DNA of 64,000 bases from the NCBI GenBank assembly GCA_030167865.1, contig JALAGF010005825.1:1-64000 (forward strand), given 5' to 3'. A model generated the notes under the pieces. That model had not been told where the DNA came from. It did not search any database and was given only the letters and a program-made list of their open reading frames with translations. This DNA comes from Craspedostauros australis (Eukaryota). Positions 42,196 to 54,031 of this stretch are shown here, in pieces. Within the stretch, counting starts at the first letter, position 1. Each line of letters begins with the position of its first letter. Position numbers and translations under genes: made by a program.

Positions 42196-44469
42196 GGTTT
42201 CACGGAATCTGTGGTCGACAAGAACGCAAACGGTAGTGTGAGAAATGAAATGAACGACGATCGCACAACATATCATCACATACGTTACGCTGTAGCCGCC
42301 CAACTCACTCGTTCAGAACCCCAAGTTTGCGTGCCTGCGTATCCAGATTGGCAAAGGGGATCATGCGCAATCGCAAACGGCCAACACGATGGCCCTCGTG
42401 ACGATCGTCATCCAGCAATGGCTCATCGTTGCTAGTGTCTCTCCCGAATTCGGCATGCGAGATTGCGGTAGAATCGGTCATGATGGAGTTTGGCAGAGAT
42501 GTCGGGGGTATGTGTCTCGATCAACGAGCGTCGCCGTTGCTGCGATTGGCGTGCGATTCGGTGCTGTCTTGAAATTGTGAGAGATGGTCTGTGCAAAGCG
42601 ACCAGAGAACGGTGCTGCCATGGTGCAACGTGCCTTTGCATCAGTGCGGACCTTCGGCTCCCGTGAGATTCATGTCATGGCATCAATGCTGGTGATGGCC
42701 ATGCTGCAACCATCCTCCTCCAACGAAACGTGCACGATTCCGCAACAGCGGTGCGCTTGCCACCATGCGTTTGATGGATGAATCTGCACATCCGCCATTG
42801 TCATTCCCGCGAGTATCATTCCGCAGGATGCAGGCAAGCTCTGCTGAGGAGCTGGTGCATGCCTTGCTTCCATGGATGCTCCAGATCTTCGCGAGCATGC
42901 TTCTCCCTTGTGGTCATCTCTGTCATGGTCGTCTCTCTTCTTTGTTGGACTGACATGTGATGGTCCTGATTTTGGCGCAACCATTTGGGAACAGAGTCAG
43001 AGGATGCCAAAACGTCGGAAAATGCGCCGAAACCCCCGTGGATCCCAGCGGACCCATGACAGACGAACAAAGTCCACCCAAAGTCGACTTCTGCAAACGT
43101 ACGACCAGTTCTGAAACGCACCTACGCGACAAACAATACAACAAAACAACACCAACACCTCCACACACACAACTTCGCGAGGGAACAGCTCGTACGAAAC
43201 GACCATGGCGGAATGCTCCTGTTGTGGCCGTTTGGGCAGTTGCGAACGGAGACAAGATGGCTGCAAGAAGCGCGCGGAACGATGAATGCGATCAGCCATT
43301 CGATGCGACACCACATACTGTGTGGGAACCTGCAAACCAATGGCATTCTTCAGCTCCAGCATCACTGACAAAACCGCTTGATCCTATTTTTGCTCGCCTG
43401 CATCTTCGGCGTCGCCTTCTCGGCCATTCACAACGATGACGACGACAACATTGCACCGCAACATGATGCCACATGATGCACAATGATGATTGCCATGCGC
43501 AGAGAAGAAAAATGTTTCACAATTCCAGACACGATCAACGCACCGTGCGAACGCATCAATCCTTCATACGAGTGCGAGGGCGAGTACGAGCACTCCATGC
43601 AGAGGTTGCTCCATTGATCCATCGATCCTTCACTCCAACCTCCCACAAACTGCAGCAGATATCTGCATGATTGGAGTGCATGGTATGATAGTCTGATTGA
43701 TGGAAAGATGTGCCCAGGCTCCGATGCGATGCAATGTGAACTGTCTCTCTGATGACACCCTGGTATTCACAGAGCAAGACCAAGATCAACGGCGAGAGTG
43801 AGAGCAAAGACAAGAGTGAAGGAACAGACAAGGGGCACGGGCTGAAGCAAGCCAATGTCATTTTGATCGGGCGAAGCAACAGCAACGCCATGGGGACAAC
43901 CTTTCACACATCAAAACGCGATGCGAGCAGATCCATCCTGCACACGAGTACGGAGGTGGCACATGGTTTCTGGGACTTCATCTTCAACCTTGAAGGTGGC
44001 CCACACAGACTTCAACCGCAGTTGACATCAGCGCCCATTTCAAGAACATTGGACTACGATGTTCCACTGTATGGTACACATGTTCCCTCTTGCGCCATGA
44101 GCTTCATTCTGCATGATGTTGTGATGAGTTCGCGATCGCATTCACACATCGTTTCTGAGCGGAGACGAAATCGGAAACAACGCAATGCAAGGAGGGGAAC
44201 CTTCATGTTCCGGAATGACGCGAACAGTACAGCTACACGCACGACATCAAACATGTGCTCTCCAACTCCAACAGCCGAAGCCCCTTGCTCTTGACGTTGT
44301 CTGAAAGAGAAACAGGAAGCAAAAGGATCATCATCATCATCGCTTCTCCTCTCACAAAATCAACAAGCTCCAATTCGAATAGGAAACTTACAGCAACAAC
44401 AATAACAACAAATCAGCATCGAATCCCATCGTTCCATCACCCCACAACATACCACACAGCACAATAACC

Positions 44470-46083
44470 ATGATAATCCACACCAACACAATCATCGTCA
44501 CCACTCTCCTTGTTGCCTTCATGGCAGTGGCTGAAGCGCGCCTCAATGGAGATACGACCATGGACGTTGCGGATGAAATGCACCTGGCATTGCAAGCCAC
44601 CCGCACAATCAAGGCTGTTGCCGGCGTTGGCAACAACAAAGGTGCCAAAACAAACAAAAACGACGTCTTGGATTCCTCCAATCCGCCGTCTTCAATGCCT
44701 TCGACGTCCATGGAGGCTGCAGGTCCAACAACCATGCCCACATGGATTCCAAGTGCTCATCCAACGGCCGATCCCACACGCTCTCCGACCTCATCGCCAA
44801 CCATGCCGCCAGCTCCAGCTCCATCAGCTCCTCCGATGGACTTCGATTCCACCATCTCCGTTGTCTGCAAGCCCGATGGTGCCACCATCCTCACACCACA
44901 AGAGGCAAGCGCTAAGACCATCATCTGCAACTCTGCCAAGCCATCATGCCGTGAGGCTGTAGCTGCCGTCAAGGAATCCAAGCAATTACAGAACTTCTTC
45001 GGATGCGCAGGAGACCTCGGTGAAGGAGCTGCTCGCAAGCTCTTCAACAAGTACGCATCCGATGACATGCGCGCCGAGCAGCTCACCCACATTGCTGCCA
45101 CCAAGCCGATTCTCGTCACTGAACGACCAGATGCAATGAAGGAGGCCTGCATGACCATCGGAATGGCCCAATCTCCATCCGTCGCAGACCCATGCTGCCA
45201 AGGGTCATCGGGATGCACCTCAGTCACCGGTTCCGCCTCCAACTCTCCTCCATTCATGACCATCGCTATCACGGCATGCACAGGTGACAGCGCCTGCAAG
45301 GATATGGGACCGAACCCTCTCATTCTCGATTCCTCCTGCACTGGCGCGAGTGCCTGCAAGTTGATGAATGAGAATGAGATCAATTCCTTCACCACAGGAG
45401 TCACCTTCGTTGGCGAGATGGCGTGCACCACCCCTCAATCTTGTGAGGGAGTGGGACGCCGTTCTCATGGTGATGTGGCCATCCAGACCGGTGCATGCAT
45501 TGGGTCAGAGGCATGCAATTCCACTGGACACCGCGTCGTGCAGAAGGCACCATCCTTCCGCTTCCGCAGCCATATCGACATCGGGGCAAGTGCTTGTGTT
45601 GGCAGCAATGCCTGCAGGCTTGCCCATTCCACTGTGAGTCATTTTCCTGGTGGCAAGATTGCAGGAAGCCTGACCATCGGTGATGGTGGCTGTGCTGATG
45701 AAGGCTCATGCGAGAAGCTTGGCTTGGATGACAGGATGAGGACGGATATCATTGTCCCTCCTGGTGGTTGCAGCGGCGTTCAGAGCTGCTGGGCATGTAT
45801 GACGAAGACAGAGTGCAACCTTGATGAGGTGTATCTCATCAGTGATGCAGAGAAAGCCTGTCCCAAGGGAGGCAGGGACACAAACTTCCTTCCAACGGGT
45901 GACAAGGTGGATGAGTACTGTATTGGCAAGGACACCTTGCGAACGGAGTGTCCGACGTTCTTTCCCACCCCATTCCCTACTGTGTCGGTGAAGCCCACAC
46001 CTGTTCCCACATTGCCTCCAACGTCAGATCCAACTCTCCCTCCCAGCACCGTTGAGCCTTGGATGTCTTTCAACACTGGGTGA
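44470..46083 (+). CDS. Secreted Cys-rich repeat protein with Pro/Thr/Ser-rich segments (putative cell-surface/extracellular glycoprotein)
   Basis: Signal peptide; PTS tracts at both ends; about seven (A/S/G)CxGxx(A/S)C repeats (ACTGDSAC, SCTGASAC, ACTTPQSC, ACIGSEAC, ACVGSNAC, GCADEGSC, GCSGVQSC). Confidence 0.85.
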   Translation: MIIHTNTIIVTTLLVAFMAVAEARLNGDTTMDVADEMHLALQATRTIKAVAGVGNNKGAKTNKNDVLDSSNPPSSMPSTSMEAAGPTTMPTWIPSAHPTADPTRSPTSSPTMPPAPAPSAPPMDFDSTISVVCKPDGATILTPQEASAKTIICNSAKPSCREAVAAVKESKQLQNFFGCAGDLGEGAARKLFNKYASDDMRAEQLTHIAATKPILVTERPDAMKEACMTIGMAQSPSVADPCCQGSSGCTSVTGSASNSPPFMTIAITACTGDSACKDMGPNPLILDSSCTGASACKLMNENEINSFTTGVTFVGEMACTTPQSCEGVGRRSHGDVAIQTGACIGSEACNSTGHRVVQKAPSFRFRSHIDIGASACVGSNACRLAHSTVSHFPGGKIAGSLTIGDGGCADEGSCEKLGLDDRMRTDIIVPPGGCSGVQSCWACMTKTECNLDEVYLISDAEKACPKGGRDTNFLPTGDKVDEYCIGKDTLRTECPTFFPTPFPTVSVKPTPVPTLPPTSDPTLPPSTVEPWMSFNTG

Positions 46084-47306
46084 TGACATATCAGCGTTCA
46101 ATCTCATCGCTGGTGATGTATTGTGTGATGGTGCAACATGCACAGGTGCGGACTTCGTCTCCATGGTTAATGCTCTGACTGATGAGAGGAAGCGCAAGAT
46201 GGTCAAAACATCTTTGGATGCAATGGGTAGAGGACTTTTGCATTCTGCTCGCCCAGTCACTAACAGTCCCACAAAGGAGTCAAACCCTGATAGAGACAAT
46301 TTTCGAGGGGCAGGATGCAAGCTTCCCCCTCGGCGAGCTGATGAGAATTCAGTTTGGGCGCTCCAAACTCAAATGCTCTCAGCTCGTACAGTCCTGGCAA
46401 AAATATCACTTCCACGTGTAAACAAGCAACAGCCAATCATGATGCTTCATTTGTACATTTTTGGCGTTCTTGTCGTTCCTTGATATATATGTTCGTAGGG
46501 ACGCTACGCCGTATGCATTCAATTTCAGACAACAACATCCAAGAGAACAACAGTTACACACCCATCACATCAGATTTACATCTTTTCCTATTTCCTGGCC
46601 GTCATCTACAATCTCAGAAAAGGAATGACCAAAAGAGGATGTTGTCGAACCAGAACTGAAACGAACTTGTCTAAATTTGATACCTTTGTCATTGAACTGA
46701 CTCGACTTTGCTTGAGTTAATCCAAGCACGATTATGTCATGAATCAGCCCTGTGCAGTTTTCCTTCTTGACAGTCAATGCGAACCGGCCAAGGGAGCAGA
46801 ATGCGAAAGCCCTCTATTCGCTCGTGATCTGGTCATTTTCATGGTTCGTGTTGGCTCAGGATACGATTCAAACGCACAACGAAGCAAGAACATGAGAGAG
46901 AGAGAGATCTGTGCGGCATAAAGCAAAATGCAAATAAGGAGAAGGAGGGTGTTGTGGTCGTCGGAGTTGAAAGATTTCGCGCCATGCTGATTTCCGATCA
47001 TCGGCGTGGGCCACTATAATTTGGAGGTAGTCTGTCCCGAGTTGGATTCCAGCTCAAAACTCGTATTGTTCGTAATCTTCTTGTCCGATCCAATCTAATT
47101 TTAGTGACCGACGCAGACTCTTCAAGGGATTCTTCCTTCGCCAACGTGAGCTGACGTCAGAATGACAATTCACATTGTTCCTAACGGTCATTCAGAACTG
47201 AACGCGAATAGCGAAACGAACGTGAACAAAAGATTCGAAGCACCAAACTTCCACACACAGATGAAACGTGTTGTTTGATTGCGGACTGCGCGAGGAAGAA
47301 CACCGT

Positions 47307-47450
47307 CACAATCACGATCACGATCACAATCACGATCACAATCCCAATCCCAACCCAGTCCCAATCATTATCATAATCACAATCACAATCATCCTCCCTA
47401 TCCCAACCACAATCTCAATCTCAATCCCAATCATAATCACAAACAACAAC
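47307..47450. repeat. Degenerate hexamer microsatellite (CACAAT/CACGAT/CCCAAT)n in the leader of the 47462 gene
   Basis: Direct inspection. Confidence 0.85.
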
Positions 47451-47461
47451 AAGATACGATC

Positions 47462-48295
47462 ATGAGCGAAGAAGGAACCGAAGTCGCTGGAGGCAAGCAC
47501 GTCGTGCCCGAGGGCGTGGCCGTCGAAGAGCTCAATGGCGGCAAGAAGAAGCTGTCGAAGAAGTGCCCACCGGCGCTGCTGACCCTGCTGGATCACAAGG
47601 ATCTGCTGGAGATCTACGATGCCATGGTGGAGGCCGTCGTGGCGGAGAGCAACACGCGCGGGACCTTCGGCAAATGGCACGACAAGGAGTTCGACTCCAT
47701 CGTCGACATCTACCGCGAGGACTTCGCCATGAAGGGCGTGCGCGTGGCACTGTGCAAGCGCAAGTCCGCGGACGGCACGCGACGTTGGTTGGAGTTCATC
47801 GATATCGATATGCTCGGTGATACCTACGTGCCACAGTACGACGTGGCCAACTACAGCGGCCAGGCCATCCGGACCGTTTTCACCAAGCTTGAATTTCCCA
47901 AGGGCGTCGCCGTGGAAGAGCTCAAGCAGTACGGCAATGCCCGCACGCGCCTCAAGGAGAAGATCCCGGCCCATGTGCAAGACATGATGACCAAGAAGGA
48001 TCTCATGACCGAGTACCAGGCCCTCGTGGATCATTGCGCCGAGGCCGGCGTCGGAAAGAAGTTCAAGTCATGGAACATTACCAAGCTCAAGGAGGTTATC
48101 AGTGCGCACGCGGATGTCTTCGAGAAGAAGGGCGTCTCCATCTTCGTCAGCCACAAGCAGGAGTACGTCTCGCACGGACAGTCGGGTCACACGGAGTACT
48201 TCCGGTGGATCGAGTTTGTGGATCGTGAGGCGCAGCCCAACTACCACCCGCAGCGCGACGCCGAGACCAAGGGCGAGGATTGCGTCATCAGTTAG
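47462..48295 (+). CDS. Hypothetical protein with two internal ~120-aa repeats and a C-terminal CaaX (CVIS)
   Basis: Both halves contain P.GVAVEEL...KDL...Y.A.V...W......F..KGV...RW.EF.D.....Y.PQ.D; strong codon bias; ends CVIS-stop. Confidence 0.85.
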   Translation: MSEEGTEVAGGKHVVPEGVAVEELNGGKKKLSKKCPPALLTLLDHKDLLEIYDAMVEAVVAESNTRGTFGKWHDKEFDSIVDIYREDFAMKGVRVALCKRKSADGTRRWLEFIDIDMLGDTYVPQYDVANYSGQAIRTVFTKLEFPKGVAVEELKQYGNARTRLKEKIPAHVQDMMTKKDLMTEYQALVDHCAEAGVGKKFKSWNITKLKEVISAHADVFEKKGVSIFVSHKQEYVSHGQSGHTEYFRWIEFVDREAQPNYHPQRDAETKGEDCVIS

Positions 48296-48567
48296 ACTAT
48301 GACAGCCACGCCGTTTGTTGGCGACTTTAGTTTCACTTGGTTTTGAACCACAATGTGTGATACATGCCATACATCCATACGAAATCCACCCACGAGAGGC
48401 GGTGACTGCGACCAGTTTAGAACCGTCATTGACTGCCTTCCCTCGCTGATCAGAAATGGGCGATGTTACGTGCTGATGTCGCTCTGTTATATTCAATATA
48501 AAAAGTACCTATACGAAATTGCATTACCATCTTGTGCTCCATTATGACGTAGGAGTCCACAGGCCTC

Positions 48568-49713
48568 TCAGCACAGCCCGTGGTTGTCACGTTCCTCATC
48601 GACAGGCACGAGGCGGATGCAACGACATCCCCACCATCCGTGCGTACTGTATTCCACCTTGCATCCATAGCGTTCCGTCATCATGTCAGACAGCTCGGTC
48701 CGCACCCATTCTTGGATCGCGACCTGTTTTTTGCACCAACCGTAGCCCGCATAAAACAACGTCACGAGCAGGATGCCGCACATGATGGCAATACCACGCA
48801 GCGCAGGACTGTTGTCACTCTCATCCATTGCGTCCCTTCTGTTCGCCAGGATCTTGAGAACGAAAAGGTACACGATGAAGAATTCCAACCATACCAATGC
48901 ACCGACGATCGTGCCGCACACCGTGTAGGAAAACATGCGTCCCGTGTAACGTGGAGCGATGCCGCCCCAAATGATCTCCTTCTGTTGCTTGGTGAGACTC
49001 CTCACAATCTTCTCCTGCTTCTCGTTGATGGAATCGCCATCGATGTCGCCATCTATCGGTACCTCATGAAGGCTGTACAAGACTCCCATGGGATGCACTC
49101 CGCCAATGTGAACCCAAGGAGAGCAAGTTTCCAACTGTGCCGCCTGCGTCGTTGGTGGCGTGTCCTCCGCACCTTCCTCCAGACGGCGGATGACATATCC
49201 CATGATCATCTTGTTGGGATAGAAGGCCTCGTACGCGATCGAGAGACCGACCCTCCGGAAGGGTGCGACCAGCTCTTCCTGGATCATTTCCCGAATCCGA
49301 AGATCAAATTGTTCCGATCCGCGGGAGCCCAGAAGCATCGCCAATCCTAGGACGAGCAGAGAAGCCACGAGGATGACCGGTACGTTGACCGTATCGTCGC
49401 ACCGGTCGTCGGGACACGACAACATCAGGGTGCCGAGCGCGAGGACAACTAGTACGGATGTCATCACCATCTGCGTGATCGGATATCGATGGTGGATGAC
49501 GTACCGCAACTTGCACGTGTGATAGACGAGCTTATCGAACAGGACGTCGTCGATTGGCAAGTCGCCTTTGGACAAACCGCGGAACTTCATGAAAGATCTG
49601 CCGTCGTGGGTTTCGAGGATCTGCACTTTCCAGACCGGAGCGGCATCGGCTGTTTGGGCCACCTCCGTGAACGTGGCTCCATCCTGAAGCGTCTTTCTTG
49701 GAGCGCATGCCAT
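48568..49713 (-). CDS. Hypothetical 4-TM membrane protein (two TM hairpins)
   Basis: 381-aa ORF with two hydrophobic hairpins, each followed by I.E.I/V..EL......G..I/V.Y. Confidence 0.7.
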   Translation of the reverse strand: MACAPRKTLQDGATFTEVAQTADAAPVWKVQILETHDGRSFMKFRGLSKGDLPIDDVLFDKLVYHTCKLRYVIHHRYPITQMVMTSVLVVLALGTLMLSCPDDRCDDTVNVPVILVASLLVLGLAMLLGSRGSEQFDLRIREMIQEELVAPFRRVGLSIAYEAFYPNKMIMGYVIRRLEEGAEDTPPTTQAAQLETCSPWVHIGGVHPMGVLYSLHEVPIDGDIDGDSINEKQEKIVRSLTKQQKEIIWGGIAPRYTGRMFSYTVCGTIVGALVWLEFFIVYLFVLKILANRRDAMDESDNSPALRGIAIMCGILLVTLFYAGYGWCKKQVAIQEWVRTELSDMMTERYGCKVEYSTHGWWGCRCIRLVPVDEERDNHGLC

Positions 49714-50292
49714 GGTATGGTGTGTGGTGTGGCGTTATGTTGTGGGTAGGTGGAATGCTGTTGTTATGGTATGGTATGGTATGGTATGGTATGGTACGAT
49801 CATCTATGGTATTCTATGAGACAACGAGGATGAGGTCGCACCGAAGCTGTGTTTGGTGTTCACGTTGTTGTTGTGATGTTGCTGTGATGTTGTTCTTTTT
49901 GATTGAGTCGTGCTTTGGATGAACGAATCATCGACGCTGTCACAAAACAAGACTGCAATTGAGCCTGTCGTTCGTGACTCAAGAAGTTGAAACTAGAACG
50001 ACCGGAAGTGCTGGAGTACGAGCTGGAAAACGCACAATCAAACACAACATCAAGCCAACTCCTCATTAGAGATAAACCAGCACGTTCGAAAGAAGTCTAT
50101 TATATTATTTATGATGTTTGAGCATGGCGTTATATTGTATGAGTCGGAGGAAAGCGACACCGCGAGCTTCGTAGCTGGCGCTGTGGATCACTCCGACCGA
50201 CCAGCGTCATCCTATCTCATCCCCTTGTTGAATGCCGCGCGCTTCAATTTCAACGACTCTCCAGAGCCTCTGTGTCTGTTCAAAAACCGAAA

Positions 50293-51624
50293 TCAAAGCA
50301 AATGTCCACCGACGGGCACAACGCTATCGTGCAAAATACCGGACGTCCCGCACACCCGGATGGGCTTCGGCACCACCTCGGTGCCGTTGCGGAGGGTGCA
50401 GGCATCGCCATGCGACGGAGTGAAATCCATGCGGCAATCTGCTTCGGGATCCTGTTCGGGATTGACGCGCTTGAGACGGATGTACCCCTTCTCTCCCCAT
50501 GTCGGACCCCAGCTGTTGCGCACCAGCCAGTAATCCGCACCCGTCTCTTCATCGGTGCCGTACCCTTCCAGCACGACGGCGTGGTTGATGTCGCGCGTCT
50601 GTCTGGATTCGTCATCAAAGATGCCACCGTGGTAGAAGGACCAGCCCGACGCGGCGACGCTGACGGCGACGGGACCGACGTGCGCCACAGTGGCCATCAA
50701 GGAGTAGTAGTCGTTGCTTGGCAAATTGGCGAATCCAACGATGGAGGCGACGGCACTGTTGACGAACCTGTGGTCGGACGGCGCGGCACGAGCTCCTAAC
50801 GCGCGACTTTGCTTATCATGTTCGGGCAAAATGGTGCACGCCACATCGGCGCCATGACCAGAGCTGTAGCCGAAGGACCATTCCTCCGCGACGCCGTGCA
50901 GCGCTGCGAAAGCGTAGGCCAACTCGACCGTGGATCCGGAGCAACCGCCCGTGCCGCCGCAGTGATTGGGATTGGGCGCGCATGACACGAACTCCTGCAC
51001 GCTGAGGGTGAAGAGGATGCCGGTGGCGATGGCGATGTGCGATTCCAAAACGGCCGTGGCAGCGAATGCCCAGCACGAGCCGCAGCCACCTTGATTCTTG
51101 ACGGGCCCCGTGACGCCCGGTTGCGTGCGCCAATCGACGGATTCTGGCAGTTCGGAAGTCGCCGTCTTGTGTCCGAGTCGGAATGGCATTCGAAAGGCCG
51201 CGGCGGTGAGATCGGCCTGTCCCGGCTTGGGCGTGCTATCGAACTGCGAGCTCTGGAACTTGTCGTGGCCCATCGGCAATTCCCATTCTTCCAAGTCCGC
51301 AAACGCATTGACGGCCAACGTGTAGGCGCGATCTGGTTGCGCATTGTGCTGCACGATCGCGTCGATGTTGGCGGCGTAGATTGCGGCGCGCCGTGCGTGC
51401 TCTTCCGCTGTGGCGTACGACTTGCGATGGTCCTTCACGAATTCATCGAAGGAGTACGCTCTGAGAGCGTCTTCGTCGGTGGACCAGTCGATGGCGGCCT
51501 CCTGCAGATCATCCTTGATGTGGTTGGACTGGGCATCCCGGATGGTGCTGATGGACGTGCTCAGCCAATTGAAGAAGGAGGCCGACAGCGCGAAGATTAC
51601 CACTGACTTGCCAAACAGCATCAT
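50293..51624 (-). CDS. Papain-like cysteine protease (C1A, cathepsin L-like) with signal peptide and I29 propeptide
   Basis: QGGCGSCWAF (Cys), INHAV (His), RNSWG (Asn), ERFNIN-like and NAFAD propeptide motifs. Confidence 0.95.
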   Translation of the reverse strand: MMLFGKSVVIFALSASFFNWLSTSISTIRDAQSNHIKDDLQEAAIDWSTDEDALRAYSFDEFVKDHRKSYATAEEHARRAAIYAANIDAIVQHNAQPDRAYTLAVNAFADLEEWELPMGHDKFQSSQFDSTPKPGQADLTAAAFRMPFRLGHKTATSELPESVDWRTQPGVTGPVKNQGGCGSCWAFAATAVLESHIAIATGILFTLSVQEFVSCAPNPNHCGGTGGCSGSTVELAYAFAALHGVAEEWSFGYSSGHGADVACTILPEHDKQSRALGARAAPSDHRFVNSAVASIVGFANLPSNDYYSLMATVAHVGPVAVSVAASGWSFYHGGIFDDESRQTRDINHAVVLEGYGTDEETGADYWLVRNSWGPTWGEKGYIRLKRVNPEQDPEADCRMDFTPSHGDACTLRNGTEVVPKPIRVCGTSGILHDSVVPVGGHLL

Positions 51625-52237
51625 GATGTCTGTCAGCAGGTTGTGAATGAACGAAATGGGACGGGACGGAGCTTGGCTCTCAGGGATTGTGTTCCTTTCT
51701 CTCTTGGATTGTGGGTGCCTTTCGCTTCAGTTGTTGATGTGTTTTCCTCTCTCTCTGTTTTGTGTTCTTTGTTGTTCTTTCAAGAGAGGTGTCTGACGAA
51801 CGGAACAGTCAAGGACGATGCAGCATGCCAGCTCAACAGACGCGACGCTAACTGCCCCACATGTCCTTTTTTGCGTTCGGATTCCACGACATCGTGGAAG
51901 AGTACTCCAACTGTACGCACGCACGTATTGACTGACAGACGGGAGGCATCAAGCAACGTGGCTTCATGATTGGACTCGGTCGATTCATCAACCCGGAATG
52001 AAGAAATCCCTGGAGAGAGCAATCTATGTTGTGGGAGACAAGCCAGGCAGAGTACCACGCAGTCCGCGTCCAATGTACGTATGGAATCATTACATGTTAT
52101 TGTTTCTACTAATACGCAATCGCACCACAACATCCAACGCTCCTCTGCGATTATACAGCCGTCTTCGATGATATCCTGCACTGGACGGGTATCCCTTCTC
52201 CCCCGTGCCAAACCATGGCATGGCATTCGATGTCGGC

Positions 52238-53137
52238 CTACACCTTCATCGTTGCCAAAGCAACCAGCACAGAAATGTGCAATGACACATCGTACCATTG
52301 GTGCCCACCCTTGGAGAGGAGGAAATCGTCGCATCTTGCATACTCCAGAAGCGACACGACGATTGGGAAGATGAAGGAGTATCCCAACGAAGCCGTCACC
52401 TTCTCCGGATGGGGGATCAACCACCCCGTCAACGAGACGGCGAATTGGGACAGCATGAAGAAGATGGCGACGCCCTGATCTTTGACGGAGATGACGTAGG
52501 TGATGACCGTCAGAGCCACGGCCAAACCAAGCGCGATGGTGTTGCCGATCTTGGGAATTTGCGGGAGGCAGCTCATGCTGAAGACGTCGATCGCCATGAG
52601 GACGAAGATGAAGATCAGGTAGGGGAGGTCACCGCCGCTGCTGTCGAGATCCAGTTTGCAGTCGCTGATGGAGAATTTTAGATGCAGGGCGCCGTGGCCG
52701 ATGATGATGCCAGCGAAGAGGATCGAATGGATGCAGAGGTTCTTGCCGAGCGGGGAAGCGCAAAGGCCCGTGAAGGGAAGTCCGAGCGCCATGAACATGA
52801 ACATCAGGTCGAAGTCGAAGGCAAACTGATGGGAGTTGCCCAGCTTGTGGCTGCAGAACTTGTTGGAAGGATCCGTGATGTCGAGGCCGGTGACGCAGAA
52901 TCCGTGCATGTAGTATTCATTCTTCTCCGCAACGCCGGACTCGTAGAGGTAGAGGTAGGAGTAGACGCTGGAGAGAATAGAGCAGATGATCCATGGCAGG
53001 GTCTTCCAGGTGAATCTCGATTTCAGCCAATCGTATGATCTGTTGCGAACCCAATCATCAACCAAATCAATGAGGCTCCGATCGGATCCGGTCGACGATC
53101 CCTTTACGTCGATGAGGGGCTTGGATTGATCTGTCAT
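52238..53137 (-). CDS. Uncharacterised ~7-TM His/Asp-motif protein, paralogue 2
   Basis: ATG at 53137 (MTDQSK), 299 aa; motifs NSHQFAFDFD, HGALH, GGHQWYD. Confidence 0.9.
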   Translation of the reverse strand: MTDQSKPLIDVKGSSTGSDRSLIDLVDDWVRNRSYDWLKSRFTWKTLPWIICSILSSVYSYLYLYESGVAEKNEYYMHGFCVTGLDITDPSNKFCSHKLGNSHQFAFDFDLMFMFMALGLPFTGLCASPLGKNLCIHSILFAGIIIGHGALHLKFSISDCKLDLDSSGGDLPYLIFIFVLMAIDVFSMSCLPQIPKIGNTIALGLAVALTVITYVISVKDQGVAIFFMLSQFAVSLTGWLIPHPEKVTASLGYSFIFPIVVSLLEYARCDDFLLSKGGHQWYDVSLHISVLVALATMKV

Positions 53138-54031
53138 GGTGTTTGTTGCTAATGTTGTTGTTGTTGTTGTTGCTGAATGTGCTTGAGAGGTGTGGTGGAT
53201 GGTGGCTGTGTTTGCTCTGTTTACTCTGTTCCAGTTCGTTGTTCTTTTCTGTGGGTGTGGGTGGGGCATCATTCAAATGAGGTGGAGTGAGCGGTTTGAT
53301 CTCGCAGCCATCACAACGCCGAACATGCATCACATCAGACGTTTTGTTGCAACACACAGTGCCAACGCATGATACGCGCAACCACATCGACAGACCAACC
53401 TTACCGAAAGGACGAGGGATCAGGGTGGAGGCGCTCACTTGGATAGAGCCGTAATGGTGTCGTCTGGTATGCTGCTTTGGCTGTGGTGGAAAGTGTGGTG
53501 GCGAACTATGGCCATTGTGCAATGACGATGGAAGGATTTGCTCAGTCGAACAAAAATGAGGATGGCCACTGCCTCTGTGCAGTCCCATTCCTCGCACATG
53601 CGTACTTCTGCTCTCTCGCGCGCAAAGGGGCAGTTCGGGTCGATCAAGACGAAGTTCCGTCAAAGACATCACATTGTTATCGTTTGGCCGGAAATGTTGG
53701 AAAATGTGTCATCTAGAGGAGGTGCGGTGGAGTATGTATTGATCACCATTGTCCAACCTGTGTCAACCCAAAGATACGGCAGTCGCTTTGCGCATGTATG
53801 ACACGGACATCAACACCCAAATCGTCCCATTCTCTCCCTGCCAATGACAAAGTGGACGACTCGCTGGAGAAGCAAGTCGAAGTTGAGTTTGGTTTGCATT
53901 GGTTTATACTCTTACTGTTTGTTATACTACGTGTGTGCGTTGCGCGTTGTGCATTGCATTCGATACTCTCCCGACAGAACAGCTCGTTGGCGCGGCATGT
54001 TTGCGAGCATGCTCTCTCTCTCTCTCTCTCT

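Noticed and set aside
42500..44300. Possible genes or mobile elements here and at 46100-47100 and 56900-58300
   Set aside because: No ORF with coding bias or motif, and no terminal repeats identified by eye.
47279..47461. SR-rich/His-Asn N-terminal extension of the CaaX protein
   Set aside because: TTG start and translation of a microsatellite; the first ATG in good context is 47462.
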